Part shown: positions 9,645-19,350 of the stretch, one piece after another
Layout of the letters: each line of letters opens with the position of its first letter
How positions within the stretch are numbered: position 1 is the first letter of the stretch
NCBI GenBank assembly: GCA_965226375.1
Contig: CBDDCX010000008.1
Span: 1,376,001-1,440,000, forward strand
Length of the DNA stretch: 64,000 nt
Direction of reading: 5' to 3'
DNA from: Longimicrobiales bacterium
Lineage (GTDB): Bacteria > Gemmatimonadota > Gemmatimonadetes > Longimicrobiales > Gaopeijiaceae
The notes under the pieces: model-generated
Told to the model about the DNA's origin: nothing
What the model saw: the letters and a program-made list of their open reading frames with translations, nothing else
Databases searched by the model: none
Program-made: the position numbers and the translations under genes

Positions 9645-10967
9645 ATGGATCCTCTCCTGGCCACCCTCATTCTCATTCTCTTGGCCCTCTTGGGGGCTCG
9701 CTTCTCGTTTTCCACAGATAACGTGCCGGCGGGGCCGCGACTGCTCTTCCGCACGGGAACGCACTTCATCTTCGTGGGCTTCGTGCTTGGACCCTCGATG
9801 ATGGGGTTCGTCACCACCGACGCCCTCGAAGACCTGTTCCCTTTCGTGGCACTCGGCCTCGGATGGGTGGGGCTGCTTTTCGGGCTCCAATTCGAGCGGG
9901 ACGCTCTAAAGGCGTTTCCGGGCAGGCTGCACCTGTTCGCTGCGGGCCAGGCGCTCCTCACCTTCGTCGTCCTTGCGACCGCGGGGATCGTAACTCTCCG
10001 AGGGCTGGGCTTAGGCGGCCCGAACGAGGTACTCCTGGTGCTGTTGGCGGCAGCCACGGCGTGCATCTCGGCCCCGGCGGGAATCGCCATCATCTCGTCC
10101 AACTTCCTGGTCCGGGGTCCCGTCCGTGAGATGCTGCTGTTCGTGGCATCTATGGACGCCCTTATCGGGATCACCGTGCTCCAGATCATCTACTCGAGCT
10201 ACCACGCGGAGGGAGTCCTCGATTTCCTCGGTGACATTCCGCCACCCGTTTGGACCCTGCTGGCCGTGGGTATCGGGGTTCTTTGCGGAATCATCTTCGT
10301 CTGGCTGACGAGAAGCCGCCCAGGCGTTGAGGAGTTGGTCCTGTTTCTCATGGGCATCACAGCCTTCGCCGCCGGGACCGCGCTTCAACTGCAGCTGTCA
10401 CCACTCTTCGTTTGCCTGGTCATGGGCGTGGTCGTGGGCAACCTCGTCCGCGATCCTCGGAGGGTGTATGGCGTCATGGCCAGGTGGGAGAAGCCGGTCT
10501 ATGTGGTCCTCCTGATGCTCGCTGGGGCCCTCCTCCGTTTTCCATCCGTTTGGATCGTGCCGCTCGCCTTCGGTTACGCGGTGCTCCGTGGGGGCGCCAA
10601 GATCCTGGCCTGCGGTGTCCTGGTGCGGATCGGGAGACCGGGATTTGCGACCCCGGCCTTCCTCGGGCTCGGTCTCGTTCCACAGGGCGGACTCTCGCTC
10701 GCCATGGCCCTGTCCGCCTTTCTGACCTTCTATGGACTCGAGGTAGCCGGCGTGAACGTAGGAGAGGCCCTGTTCAGCGTGGTCGTTCTGGGCGTCGTGA
10801 TCTCCGAGTTGGTCGGCCCGGCGTGTACGACCAGCACGCTGCGGCGCGCCGGTGAGATCTCCCCTCGTGTCGAAGAAGCCCTGGCGCTGGGCGACGACGA
10901 GCAGGCCCGGGCTCACGCCGTTCGGCACACTCCGGGTGATGGTCGGGGCGCCGATCTGGAACTGTGA
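9645..10967 (+). CDS. cation:proton antiporter (CPA superfamily)
   Basis: ~12 hydrophobic segments; GFVLGP, LLFGLQF, LSPLF, GLVPQGGLSLAMA, ISELVGP. Confidence 0.8.
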   Translation: MDPLLATLILILLALLGARFSFSTDNVPAGPRLLFRTGTHFIFVGFVLGPSMMGFVTTDALEDLFPFVALGLGWVGLLFGLQFERDALKAFPGRLHLFAAGQALLTFVVLATAGIVTLRGLGLGGPNEVLLVLLAAATACISAPAGIAIISSNFLVRGPVREMLLFVASMDALIGITVLQIIYSSYHAEGVLDFLGDIPPPVWTLLAVGIGVLCGIIFVWLTRSRPGVEELVLFLMGITAFAAGTALQLQLSPLFVCLVMGVVVGNLVRDPRRVYGVMARWEKPVYVVLLMLAGALLRFPSVWIVPLAFGYAVLRGGAKILACGVLVRIGRPGFATPAFLGLGLVPQGGLSLAMALSAFLTFYGLEVAGVNVGEALFSVVVLGVVISELVGPACTTSTLRRAGEISPRVEEALALGDDEQARAHAVRHTPGDGRGADLEL

Positions 10968-10991
10968 GGTACTGAGCTTATACCTTTCGCC

Positions 10992-11558
10992 ATGGTCCAT
11001 AGACTTCTTTTCCCCGCCTTGCTGCCCATTCACGGCACAACGCAGGCGCTCGCACCGCCGGGAGGCTTGCAAGTCACAGCCGATATCTCGGCCGTGGTCC
11101 TCGCCGCGATTTCCGCGCTCCTGCTGCTGGCGATGTTGTTGTTGCTCGTCCAACTCCGGAAAGTGCTCGCCGCCCTTCAGCGGCAGATGCAACCGGTAGC
11201 CGATCGAGCCAGGGTGGCCGCCGAGAACGTGGAGTACATCTCGGCCGTGGTCCGCGAGGACGTGCAGAAGGTCCACTCCTCCGTTGCGGGGTTGTCGGAT
11301 CGGCTGAAGGACGCCTCCGAGCGAATGGAGGAGAGGGTCGAAGAATTCAACGCTCTCATGGACGTGGTGCAGGACGAAGCCGAATCCGTCTTGCTCGATA
11401 CCGCCGCTGCGGTCCGTGGGGTGCGTGCGGGAGCCAGAACCATAGGGGAGGGTATGGCCCGGCAGGACTCGGAGGGCGACTCGCCCGAGGACGGAGGGTC
11501 GGCGGACTCCGTCGAGGCGGAAGGAGCGATGGTCCCCGGAGACGCCGAGAGCGCGTGA
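10992..11558 (+). CDS. single-TM coiled-coil protein (DUF948-like)
   Basis: One hydrophobic segment followed by long heptad helix. Confidence 0.6.
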   Translation: MVHRLLFPALLPIHGTTQALAPPGGLQVTADISAVVLAAISALLLLAMLLLLVQLRKVLAALQRQMQPVADRARVAAENVEYISAVVREDVQKVHSSVAGLSDRLKDASERMEERVEEFNALMDVVQDEAESVLLDTAAAVRGVRAGARTIGEGMARQDSEGDSPEDGGSADSVEAEGAMVPGDAESA

Positions 11559-12472
11559 AGACCGTATGGGCCTTCTCGGTGGCGCTCGCTTGGCTTGCCC
11601 TCGATCCTGAACCGCTGTTCGCCTGGGGGCCCGGCACTCACATCGCCCTCGGCGAAACCCTTCTCGCGTCCTTGTACCTGCTCCCACCGGCCATCAGGGC
11701 GATCATCGAGGCTCACCCGCTCCACTTCCTGTACGGATCCATCGCAGCCGACATCTCCTTTGCCAAGAAGTACGTGCCCGAAGGCAGGCACTGCCATCAC
11801 TGGCCTGTAGGAGAGGAGATCCTGGCCACGGCGGACAGCCCGCATCTGACCTCGGTCGGCTACGGCTACCTCGCCCACCTGGCCGCAGACACGATCGCCC
11901 ACAATTTCTTTCTGCCCCGGCAACTGCTTACCACGAGCACGACGCAGGCTCTCGGACACGCCTACTGGGAGCACCGCATGGACATGCACGTCGGCGAGCA
12001 GTATCTGACCAAAGCCAGACACCTGGTGGTGCAGCATGACCACTCCGAAGCGGACGCGCTCTTCGATGAAGTTCTGAGCAGTACCATCTTCAGCTTTCAG
12101 ACCAATCGGAGAATCTTCCGCGGCATGATCCGCTTCAGCGACCACGACCGTTGGAAGCAAGTGTTCGACCAAGTCTTGAAGAAGTCTCGCTTCGACCTGC
12201 CGCCTGCCGCGGTCGAAACGTACCAGGCTCTTTCGTTCGAGTATCTGGTCGACTACCTGGTTTCACGCGACAGATCCCGTCCGGGCACACTCGACCCCAC
12301 GGGCGAACTCAACTTGAGGCTGGCGAAGAAGGTACGTCGCCTTACGATGGCCCGAGGCGGGGCTGGCGATCCGACTCACCTGCTCGAGAGCGCTGACGAG
12401 TTCTTTCCCCTGCCCCACGACGCACTGATACACTGGCCCGAACGAGAACGGATGGTGGCGATCAGCGACTGA
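11555..12472 (+). CDS. zinc-dependent phospholipase C/P1 nuclease family protein
   Basis: Signal-like N-terminus then WGPGTH; GSIAAD; GYLAHLAADTIAHN; HAYWE. Confidence 0.85.
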   Translation: MKTVWAFSVALAWLALDPEPLFAWGPGTHIALGETLLASLYLLPPAIRAIIEAHPLHFLYGSIAADISFAKKYVPEGRHCHHWPVGEEILATADSPHLTSVGYGYLAHLAADTIAHNFFLPRQLLTTSTTQALGHAYWEHRMDMHVGEQYLTKARHLVVQHDHSEADALFDEVLSSTIFSFQTNRRIFRGMIRFSDHDRWKQVFDQVLKKSRFDLPPAAVETYQALSFEYLVDYLVSRDRSRPGTLDPTGELNLRLAKKVRRLTMARGGAGDPTHLLESADEFFPLPHDALIHWPERERMVAISD

Positions 12473-12492
12473 GGCGATCAGCGACTGAGGCG
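12457..12492. repeat. 16-bp tandem duplication GGCGATCAGCGACTGA (2.25 copies)
   Basis: Exact copies at 12457-12472 and 12473-12488, plus GGCG. Confidence 0.95.
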
Positions 12493-13908
12493 GTCCCTGA
12501 GCAGCTTCCCGGTAGCCTTCGGGTCGGCTCGAGCACCCGACCGCTGCATGACCCGGCCGATAAAGTACCCGAGGAGTCTGCCTTCCCCCTGCCGGTAACG
12601 CTCCACCTCCTCAGGGCTGTCCGCCAGTACCGCGTCTATCCACCCCACCAGTTCATCGACGTCCCGGACCTGTGCCAGTTCGCCGGCCGCGACGATCTCG
12701 GGCGCCGGCCGGCCCGAGTCGGTCATGCGCCCGAGCACTGAGCGGCCCATGGCCCCCGACAGCGTGCCGTCTTCCACCAACCCGATCAGCTGGGCCACCT
12801 CGGCCGGTGTAGGACCGAGACCCGCAACGTCACAGCCGACCCGATTGGCTTCCTTGAGAAGCGGCCCACGGACCCAGTTGGAGGCGCCTTGGGGATCTTC
12901 CAGGAGGACTGAAAGCTCCTCGAAGTAATCCGCCAGCGCACGAGACGAGGTCAGGACCTGCACGTCCCTCTCCGGCAGCCCCAGCTCTTCCGCAAAGCGT
13001 CGCTCCCGCTCGGTAGGCAGCTCCGGCAACAGGCTCCTCAGCTTTCCGATCCTGTCGGCCTCCACCCGGAGACAGGGGAGATCAGGGTCGGGAAAGTAGC
13101 GATAGTCGTGGCTGTCCTCCTTCGAGCGCATCGAGCGGACAGTACCATCATGTTCGTCCCAGAGGAGGGTCTCCTGAACGACGACTCCGCCCGACCCGAG
13201 CACGCCCTCCTGCCTTTCCACCTCTCTGTGAAGCGCCTTCTCCACCGCCGAGAACGAGTTCAGGTTCTTCACCTCGGTCTTCACGCCCAACTCTCTTGAA
13301 CCCTCGGCCCTCAGCGAGATGTTGGCGTCCACGCGCAGGCTACCCTCCTCCATGTTGCAGTCACTAACGTCCAGATACTCGAGCGTACGCTTGAGCCCCT
13401 GTAGGAAAGCTCTTGCCTGGGCCGGCGTCCGGAGATCCGGCTCGGTGACGATCTCGATGAGCGGGACGCCTGCACGGTTGAGGTCTACGGCTGTCTCTCC
13501 GGGGAAGCGGTCGTGAATGGACTTGCCTGCGTCTTCTTCCAGATGGATGCGGCGGATCCGAATCGCACGGCCGTCGGATCCTGACCCACCCGTGACGGAG
13601 CCTCTCGTGGCCAGGGGCTCCTCGAACTGAGTAATCTGATACCCCTTCGGCAGATCGGGATAGAAGTAGCTCTTCCGGGCGAACACGCTCTTTTCGTGGA
13701 CGTGACAGCCGAGGCCGAGGGCTGCGGTGACCGCAAGCTCCACCGCCTCCGTATTGAGTACCGGAAGTGCCCCGGGTAGGCCGATGCACACCGGGCAGAC
13801 ATGACTGTTCGGCGCTGCCCCGAAGATCGTGGAGTCGGCACAGAAGAGCTTCTCGGCGGTACGAAGCTGGACGTGGATTTCCAGCCCGATGACTGGCTCC
13901 CACCTCAC
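12478..13908 (-). CDS. gatB: Asp/Glu-tRNA amidotransferase subunit B
   Basis: [42 protein letters not shown]. Confidence 0.98.
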   Translation of the reverse strand: MRWEPVIGLEIHVQLRTAEKLFCADSTIFGAAPNSHVCPVCIGLPGALPVLNTEAVELAVTAALGLGCHVHEKSVFARKSYFYPDLPKGYQITQFEEPLATRGSVTGGSGSDGRAIRIRRIHLEEDAGKSIHDRFPGETAVDLNRAGVPLIEIVTEPDLRTPAQARAFLQGLKRTLEYLDVSDCNMEEGSLRVDANISLRAEGSRELGVKTEVKNLNSFSAVEKALHREVERQEGVLGSGGVVVQETLLWDEHDGTVRSMRSKEDSHDYRYFPDPDLPCLRVEADRIGKLRSLLPELPTERERRFAEELGLPERDVQVLTSSRALADYFEELSVLLEDPQGASNWVRGPLLKEANRVGCDVAGLGPTPAEVAQLIGLVEDGTLSGAMGRSVLGRMTDSGRPAPEIVAAGELAQVRDVDELVGWIDAVLADSPEEVERYRQGEGRLLGYFIGRVMQRSGARADPKATGKLLRDRLSR

Positions 13909-15404
13909 TGTTCCGCCCCTTGCCCACCAGCCCGCCCCGGCACTCGGGGCACACCGGCACCCCGCCCTCGAGCGTCCCTAGCACCCTTCGAATCGCAGGC
14001 GGACTCAAGAGCCCCTGCCGTCCGGAACAACGCCGACTCGCCCCACCACGGCGCGATGATCTGTCCCCCCACGGGTAAACCGTCCGAGTCACCGATCGGC
14101 ACGGAAATGGCAGGGACACCGGCCAGGTTGGCCGTCACCGTGAACACGTCGGCCAAGTACATCTGGAGCGGATCCTGGATGCGCGCGCCCAGGGGAAATG
14201 CCACCGTGGGAGACGTGGGGGTGAACAGTACATCGACCCCATCACGGAATACCGTACGAAAGTCCTTCGCGACCTGACGACGCACGCCCTGAGCCCTGCC
14301 ATAATACCGGTCGTAGTAGCCGTCCGTCAGCGCAAAGGTGCCGAGCAAGATGCGCCGCTTTACCTCGGCTCCGAACCCGTCCGTGCGAGTCCTTTCATAC
14401 AGTTCACCCAGGTCCCGACAGTCCTCGCGCCGGATTCCGTATCGTACGCCATCGAATCGGGCCAGGTTGCTCGACGCCTCGGCATTGGCCACCACGTAGT
14501 AAGCGGGAAGCGCGCTATGTGTGTGGGGGAGCGACACCTCCCGGATCGTCGCCCCACGTGCTTCGAGCGCGCCCAGAGCCTCTCGGCACCGGGTGTGGAC
14601 GCCCTCCTCCAACGCCTCGCCAAAGTATTCGCGGGGCACGCCAACCACCAACCCCTCCACGCCTTCCTCACATGCGGCCACCAGATCGGGAACGCTCCGA
14701 TCGGCCGACGTGGAATCCAGTGGATCGTGCCCCCCTACGACCTCGAGGAGGGCGGCCGCGTCGCGTACGCTGCGCCCGAACGTACCGACCTGGTCCAGTG
14801 ACGATGCGAAGGCCACCAGCCCGTAACGGCTCACCAGACCATAGGTCGGTTTGACGCCTACGACTCCGCAGAACGCAGCCGGCTGTCGCACCGAGCCCCC
14901 GGTGTCGGAGCCCAGCGCTCCGGGCACAAGTCCAGCCGCTACGGCGGCGGCAGATCCTCCGGAGCTCCCGCCCGGCACACGAGTGGGATCGGCTGGATTA
15001 CAGACGGGTCCGAATGCCGAGTTTTCGTTCGACGATCCCATGGCGAACTCGTCCATATTGGTCTTGCCGATGACTACCGCGCCCTCTTCGCGAAGCCGTC
15101 GTACGACGGTAGCCTCATAAGGAGACCGGTAGCCCTCCAGCATCTTGGAGGCACATGTCGTCGGGAGACCATCGGTCGTGGCGAGGTTGTCTTTGACGGC
15201 GATCGGCACGCCGGCGAGGGCTCCCTCGGCCGGGCCGGTGCTCGGTCGCTCCAACTGCTCGGACGAAAGCACGGCCAGAAACGCGTTCAGGGGCTCGGCA
15301 CCTTCTTCGCGTTCCCGCAGGCACCGGAGCGCCGCTCGCGCCGGTTCCAGAAAATCCACCGCACCGTCACGGACAGCAGCGGCGACCGCAGCGACGTCAC
15401 TCAT
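13905..15404 (-). CDS. gatA: Asp/Glu-tRNA amidotransferase subunit A
   Basis: [39 protein letters not shown] 15404. Confidence 0.98.
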   Translation of the reverse strand: MSDVAAVAAAVRDGAVDFLEPARAALRCLREREEGAEPLNAFLAVLSSEQLERPSTGPAEGALAGVPIAVKDNLATTDGLPTTCASKMLEGYRSPYEATVVRRLREEGAVVIGKTNMDEFAMGSSNENSAFGPVCNPADPTRVPGGSSGGSAAAVAAGLVPGALGSDTGGSVRQPAAFCGVVGVKPTYGLVSRYGLVAFASSLDQVGTFGRSVRDAAALLEVVGGHDPLDSTSADRSVPDLVAACEEGVEGLVVGVPREYFGEALEEGVHTRCREALGALEARGATIREVSLPHTHSALPAYYVVANAEASSNLARFDGVRYGIRREDCRDLGELYERTRTDGFGAEVKRRILLGTFALTDGYYDRYYGRAQGVRRQVAKDFRTVFRDGVDVLFTPTSPTVAFPLGARIQDPLQMYLADVFTVTANLAGVPAISVPIGDSDGLPVGGQIIAPWWGESALFRTAGALESACDSKGARDARGRGAGVPRVPGRAGGQGAEQ

Positions 15405-15714
15405 GCCCGCTCGGGGGCTCGTCATCCGTACCGAGTGACGGAGGGGAGGGCACGACGAAAAATCCTTCTCGGAAGTCCGGCGCATAGTGGTCCAACGAAC
15501 CGACCAATGGGTCGGGCCGACCCCTCGGTGCGCGCCCGGGCACAGCTCGGAGGGGAGGCTCGGTGGTCGTCTCGTCCACAGACACGGACGCCAGGGTATC
15601 AACGTACGCCAGGATGTCGTTCAGATCTCGTCCCAGAGCTTCGGCCTCCGCCTCCGAGAGGTGCAGACGCGCCAGCCCCGCGATGCGGAACACGTCGTCA
15701 CGATCTACGGACAC
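15397..15714 (-). CDS. gatC: Asp/Glu-tRNA amidotransferase subunit C
   Basis: IAGLARL...ILAYVDTL...[12 protein letters not shown]; upstream of gatA. Confidence 0.93.
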   Translation of the reverse strand: MSVDRDDVFRIAGLARLHLSEAEAEALGRDLNDILAYVDTLASVSVDETTTEPPLRAVPGRAPRGRPDPLVGSLDHYAPDFREGFFVVPSPPSLGTDDEPPSGHE

Positions 15715-15723
15715 CGAACGCCC

Positions 15724-18039
15724 TCAGTCGTAGTCACGGCTCAGGCCCGCGTAGCGGACCAGCATCTTCTTGGTGCCCACCGAATCAAAGTGAATCGTCA
15801 CTTTGAGATCTCTCCCGAAGCCTGAGACTTCCCCCACCGTGCCGGACCCGAACGTCTCGTGAGCCACTCTTTCGCCCTTGATGAAACGTGGAAGATCTTG
15901 GTTGAAGCTCGCGTCGAGATCGAGAGCGTCTTCGGATGCCTCTCGATCGCTCTTGGGAAACAGTGGGGCCCGGCGTGGGTCCCTGCGGGCCCGGCGCGAC
16001 AAGTAGCCCCCCGTGGTCCCGACAACGGCAGTCTCCACTTCCTCCACGAGGTGCTCAGGGATCGCCTCGACGAAGGGGGACAGGCGCCCATGCATGATGT
16101 CCCCGGCACGACGTCGCTGCCGGGCATGGGTCAAAAAAAGCTTGTCCTCGGCACGGGTGATTCCGACGTAGAAAAGGCGACGCTCCTCCTCGAGTTCCGC
16201 AGGTTCGTCGTAGGCGCGACGCAACGGAAACAGACCGTCTTCGAGCCCCGAGATGAACACCACCGGAAACTCCAGACCCTTGGCGTTGTGAAGGGTCATC
16301 ATCGTAACCGCGTCAGCGTCCGGGTCGTGGCGATCTATGTCGGCCACCAGAGCCACCTGCTGAAGGAACAGGTCCAGCTCGCTGAAGTGATCAAAGTCCT
16401 CCGCCTCCTGCTCCTCCAGGAGCTCCGCATTGTAGTCGAGCGCCCCGGCGATGAGCTCTCTCACGTTGTCGGCCCGATCCTCTCCATCCGGACCCTCGTC
16501 CTCGAGATGTCGAGAGAGCTCCAACTCTTCCACGAGGCTCTCGAGTAGCTCACCCACCCGCATCTGAGAGGCCAGCGCCGAATATCTCTGAATCAGGACC
16601 GCGAATCGCTCGAGCCCTCGGGCACCCGCCTGAGGAAGCTCCGGTGCTTCCTGGGCCCGCGAGGCAGCTTCCAGCAGACTGATCTCCTGGGACTCGGCCC
16701 ATGTCGCCAACCTTTCCTGTGTGGCGGCACCGATCCCGCGACGTGGATAGTTGACGATGCGGTCGAAGGCGCCGGCATCCAGGGGGTTCGAAATGAGCCG
16801 CAGGTAGGCGAGGACGTCTTGGATTTCACGGCGTTCGTAGAAGCGCACGCCACCTACAATCTGGTAGGGTAGACCTCTCCGGCGGAACACATCCTCTAGC
16901 GCCCGGGACTGGGCATTGGTCCGATAGAGAATGGCGACTTCGCGATGCATGAGACCGGAATCGGCCGCCCGCCGGCCCTCGACCTGATCACAGATCCAGC
17001 GAGCCTCATCCGTCTCACTGGAGGAGGTCACGACCGTGATCCGCTCCCCTCCGGATCTGTCGGTTCGAAGTGTTTTTCCTTTTCGCTGCACGTTCTCGGC
17101 AATCACGGCGTTCGCCGCCGAGAGAATCACATCGGTCGACCGGTAATTCTGCTCCAACCGTACCACATGAGCCCCTGGGAACTTCGTCTCGAATTCGAGG
17201 ATGTTCCTGATGTCTGCTCCCCGCCAGCCATAGATACTCTGATCGTCGTCGCCCACGACCATGAGGTTTTGGTGGCTCGACGCCAGCAGCTCGACGAAAC
17301 GAAATTGGGCGACGTTCGTGTCCTGATACTCGTCTACCAGGACGAAGTTGAACCGTCGTCGGTACCGGCCTAAGAGCTCCGGATCGGCCTCGAAGAGCTC
17401 CACCGGCTTCCCTAGAAGGTCATCGAAGTCGAACCCGTTTTGATTCTTCAGGGCCTCTTGGTACGCCGGGTAGACCTTGGCCACGTTGCGCGCAAAAATG
17501 TCGAAGCTCCCCTCGTTGTCTTCGACGAACTGCTGGGGCGTGACCAGCTGGTTCTTCGCACCACTTACGTGCGCCCGAATGGCCTTCGGACTCCAACGCC
17601 GCGTGTCCAACCCCACCGCCTCCGCGGTTTTCTTGATAAGCCGGAGGCTCTGTTCGGCGTCGAAAATGGTAAAGGTGTTGGTCCAGCCCAGACTCGGAGC
17701 ATGCCGCCGCAGAAGACGCGCTCCCAGCGCGTGGAAGGTGCCGGTCCACATGCCCCGAGGCTCCGCACCCAGCAGGCCGGTAATGCGCTCACGCATCTCA
17801 CCGGCGGCCTTGTTGGTGAACGTCACGGCCAGAATGCGATCGGGGGGAACACCATGTTCGTGGATGAGGTGTGCGATACGCGTGGTGAGCACTCGGGTTT
17901 TGCCCGACCCGGCGCCTGCCAAGACGAGCAGAGGTCCTTCGAAGTGCTCCACCGCCTCGCGTTGGCTTTCGTTGAGCTGTGCCAGATACGAATCCGAGAG
18001 GACCGTACGTCGATCCCGGGCTTCTGGAGAGGTGTTCAG
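15724..18039 (-). CDS. uvrD: UvrD/PcrA superfamily 1 helicase; probable CTG start at 18039 (ORF-track start 17952)
   Basis: LNESQREAV, AGAGSGKT, TFTNKAA, VDEYQDTN, GDDDQSIY.WRGA, LEQNYRS, TLHNAKGLEF, EERRLFYVGITRA. Confidence 0.95.
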   Translation of the reverse strand: MNTSPEARDRRTVLSDSYLAQLNESQREAVEHFEGPLLVLAGAGSGKTRVLTTRIAHLIHEHGVPPDRILAVTFTNKAAGEMRERITGLLGAEPRGMWTGTFHALGARLLRRHAPSLGWTNTFTIFDAEQSLRLIKKTAEAVGLDTRRWSPKAIRAHVSGAKNQLVTPQQFVEDNEGSFDIFARNVAKVYPAYQEALKNQNGFDFDDLLGKPVELFEADPELLGRYRRRFNFVLVDEYQDTNVAQFRFVELLASSHQNLMVVGDDDQSIYGWRGADIRNILEFETKFPGAHVVRLEQNYRSTDVILSAANAVIAENVQRKGKTLRTDRSGGERITVVTSSSETDEARWICDQVEGRRAADSGLMHREVAILYRTNAQSRALEDVFRRRGLPYQIVGGVRFYERREIQDVLAYLRLISNPLDAGAFDRIVNYPRRGIGAATQERLATWAESQEISLLEAASRAQEAPELPQAGARGLERFAVLIQRYSALASQMRVGELLESLVEELELSRHLEDEGPDGEDRADNVRELIAGALDYNAELLEEQEAEDFDHFSELDLFLQQVALVADIDRHDPDADAVTMMTLHNAKGLEFPVVFISGLEDGLFPLRRAYDEPAELEEERRLFYVGITRAEDKLFLTHARQRRRAGDIMHGRLSPFVEAIPEHLVEEVETAVVGTTGGYLSRRARRDPRRAPLFPKSDREASEDALDLDASFNQDLPRFIKGERVAHETFGSGTVGEVSGFGRDLKVTIHFDSVGTKKMLVRYAGLSRDYD

Positions 18040-18053
18040 TGCGTGGACTCCGA

Positions 18054-19277
18054 TCAGAGCGGCGCCGCTGGAAGGCGAATTTCAAACATGGCGCCGGCAC
18101 CTTCGGTGTCCAGCAGGTAGATGTGACCCTTGTGGCCCACCTCGATGATTCGCCGGGACAGGGTGAGGCCGACTCCCCAACCACGGTCCTTACCGCTGAC
18201 TCCGGGCTCGAAGAGCTTGTCGCGTACCTCAGGATCCACCCCAGGTCCGGTGTCCTGGATGCGCAGGTGCACCCAGCCAGGCAGCCCTTTACGGACCTGC
18301 AGCCGAATCTCCCCCCCTCGCCCAGCCATCGCATCCAACGCGTTCTTTACCACGTTCTCGAGCGCCCATGAGAGTATCACCTCATTCCCCATGATCTTCG
18401 GCAAACCCTTGGGCACGTCCACGATGATGAGAATGCCGCTCGTCAGCCTGGGAAGGCGCGCCTGAAGGTAGCGCTCCAACTCCCGTACTATTTCACGGAT
18501 GTCCAGGGGCTCCAACTCTGGATCCCGGCCGATCAACTCGAAGCGGTGACTGATGCGCTCCAGCCTCACGAGATCCTCGTCGATCCCAGTGGCGACCGTA
18601 TCGACCTCGAGTGATCCTGGCCTTTCCTCCAACGGCAGGCGCAGCAGTTCCAACCAACCCTGTAGGGACGAGATCGGCGTCCCCAACTGGTGAGCCAACT
18701 CGCGGGCCATCGCGGTCCACGCCTTCTCCTGCTCGGCCCTGCGCTGATATCGAATGACGAGAAAGCCGATGAGCACGGTGATGACCAGACCGCTGGCCTG
18801 GAAGTAGGGAATCCACTTGAGCCCGGACAGCGTTGGGGTATCACCAAAGTAGATCAGGTTGTCCCCAGCGCCTACGACAGGCTCCCTGCCCGTGGCGGTC
18901 AGACGCCGGACCAGAGCTTTGACCTGTTCCTGGCCCTCTGGCGTGTAGATGTCCGGCCCGCCAGGCACGTTCTCCACCGAGAGCACGCTGTCGGCCGCGT
19001 CCATGACGATGAGTGGAATGCCCGACCTGATGACGACTCCCTGAAGCTCGAAAAGGGCCAGATCGAAGCGACCCGCGTCTCGTACACCCTCCTCGAAGTC
19101 CGCCCTCTCCGAATCTCCCGGATCCTGAATGAGCTCCTGAGCGAGGGTGAACACCTCGGTCATGAGTGCTTGATTGCGATGCAGGCCAGCGACGATGCTC
19201 TGGCTGTAGAGCAGATACCAGGTGAGAAGCGCGAAGAAGAGCGTCGCCAGCGCGACCGGCCACCGGATGCGCATCAT
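18054..19277 (-). CDS. membrane sensor histidine kinase
   Basis: Two TM segments; ELAHQLGTP H-box; NVVKNALDA; DTGPG; GWGVGL. Confidence 0.93.
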   Translation of the reverse strand: MMRIRWPVALATLFFALLTWYLLYSQSIVAGLHRNQALMTEVFTLAQELIQDPGDSERADFEEGVRDAGRFDLALFELQGVVIRSGIPLIVMDAADSVLSVENVPGGPDIYTPEGQEQVKALVRRLTATGREPVVGAGDNLIYFGDTPTLSGLKWIPYFQASGLVITVLIGFLVIRYQRRAEQEKAWTAMARELAHQLGTPISSLQGWLELLRLPLEERPGSLEVDTVATGIDEDLVRLERISHRFELIGRDPELEPLDIREIVRELERYLQARLPRLTSGILIIVDVPKGLPKIMGNEVILSWALENVVKNALDAMAGRGGEIRLQVRKGLPGWVHLRIQDTGPGVDPEVRDKLFEPGVSGKDRGWGVGLTLSRRIIEVGHKGHIYLLDTEGAGAMFEIRLPAAPL

Positions 19278-19350
19278 GGGGCGAGATCTCCAGTGCGCTG
19301 CTCAATCCACAGATACATGGCCCCGCCCGCCCTACCAGACCGGGGGCCCA

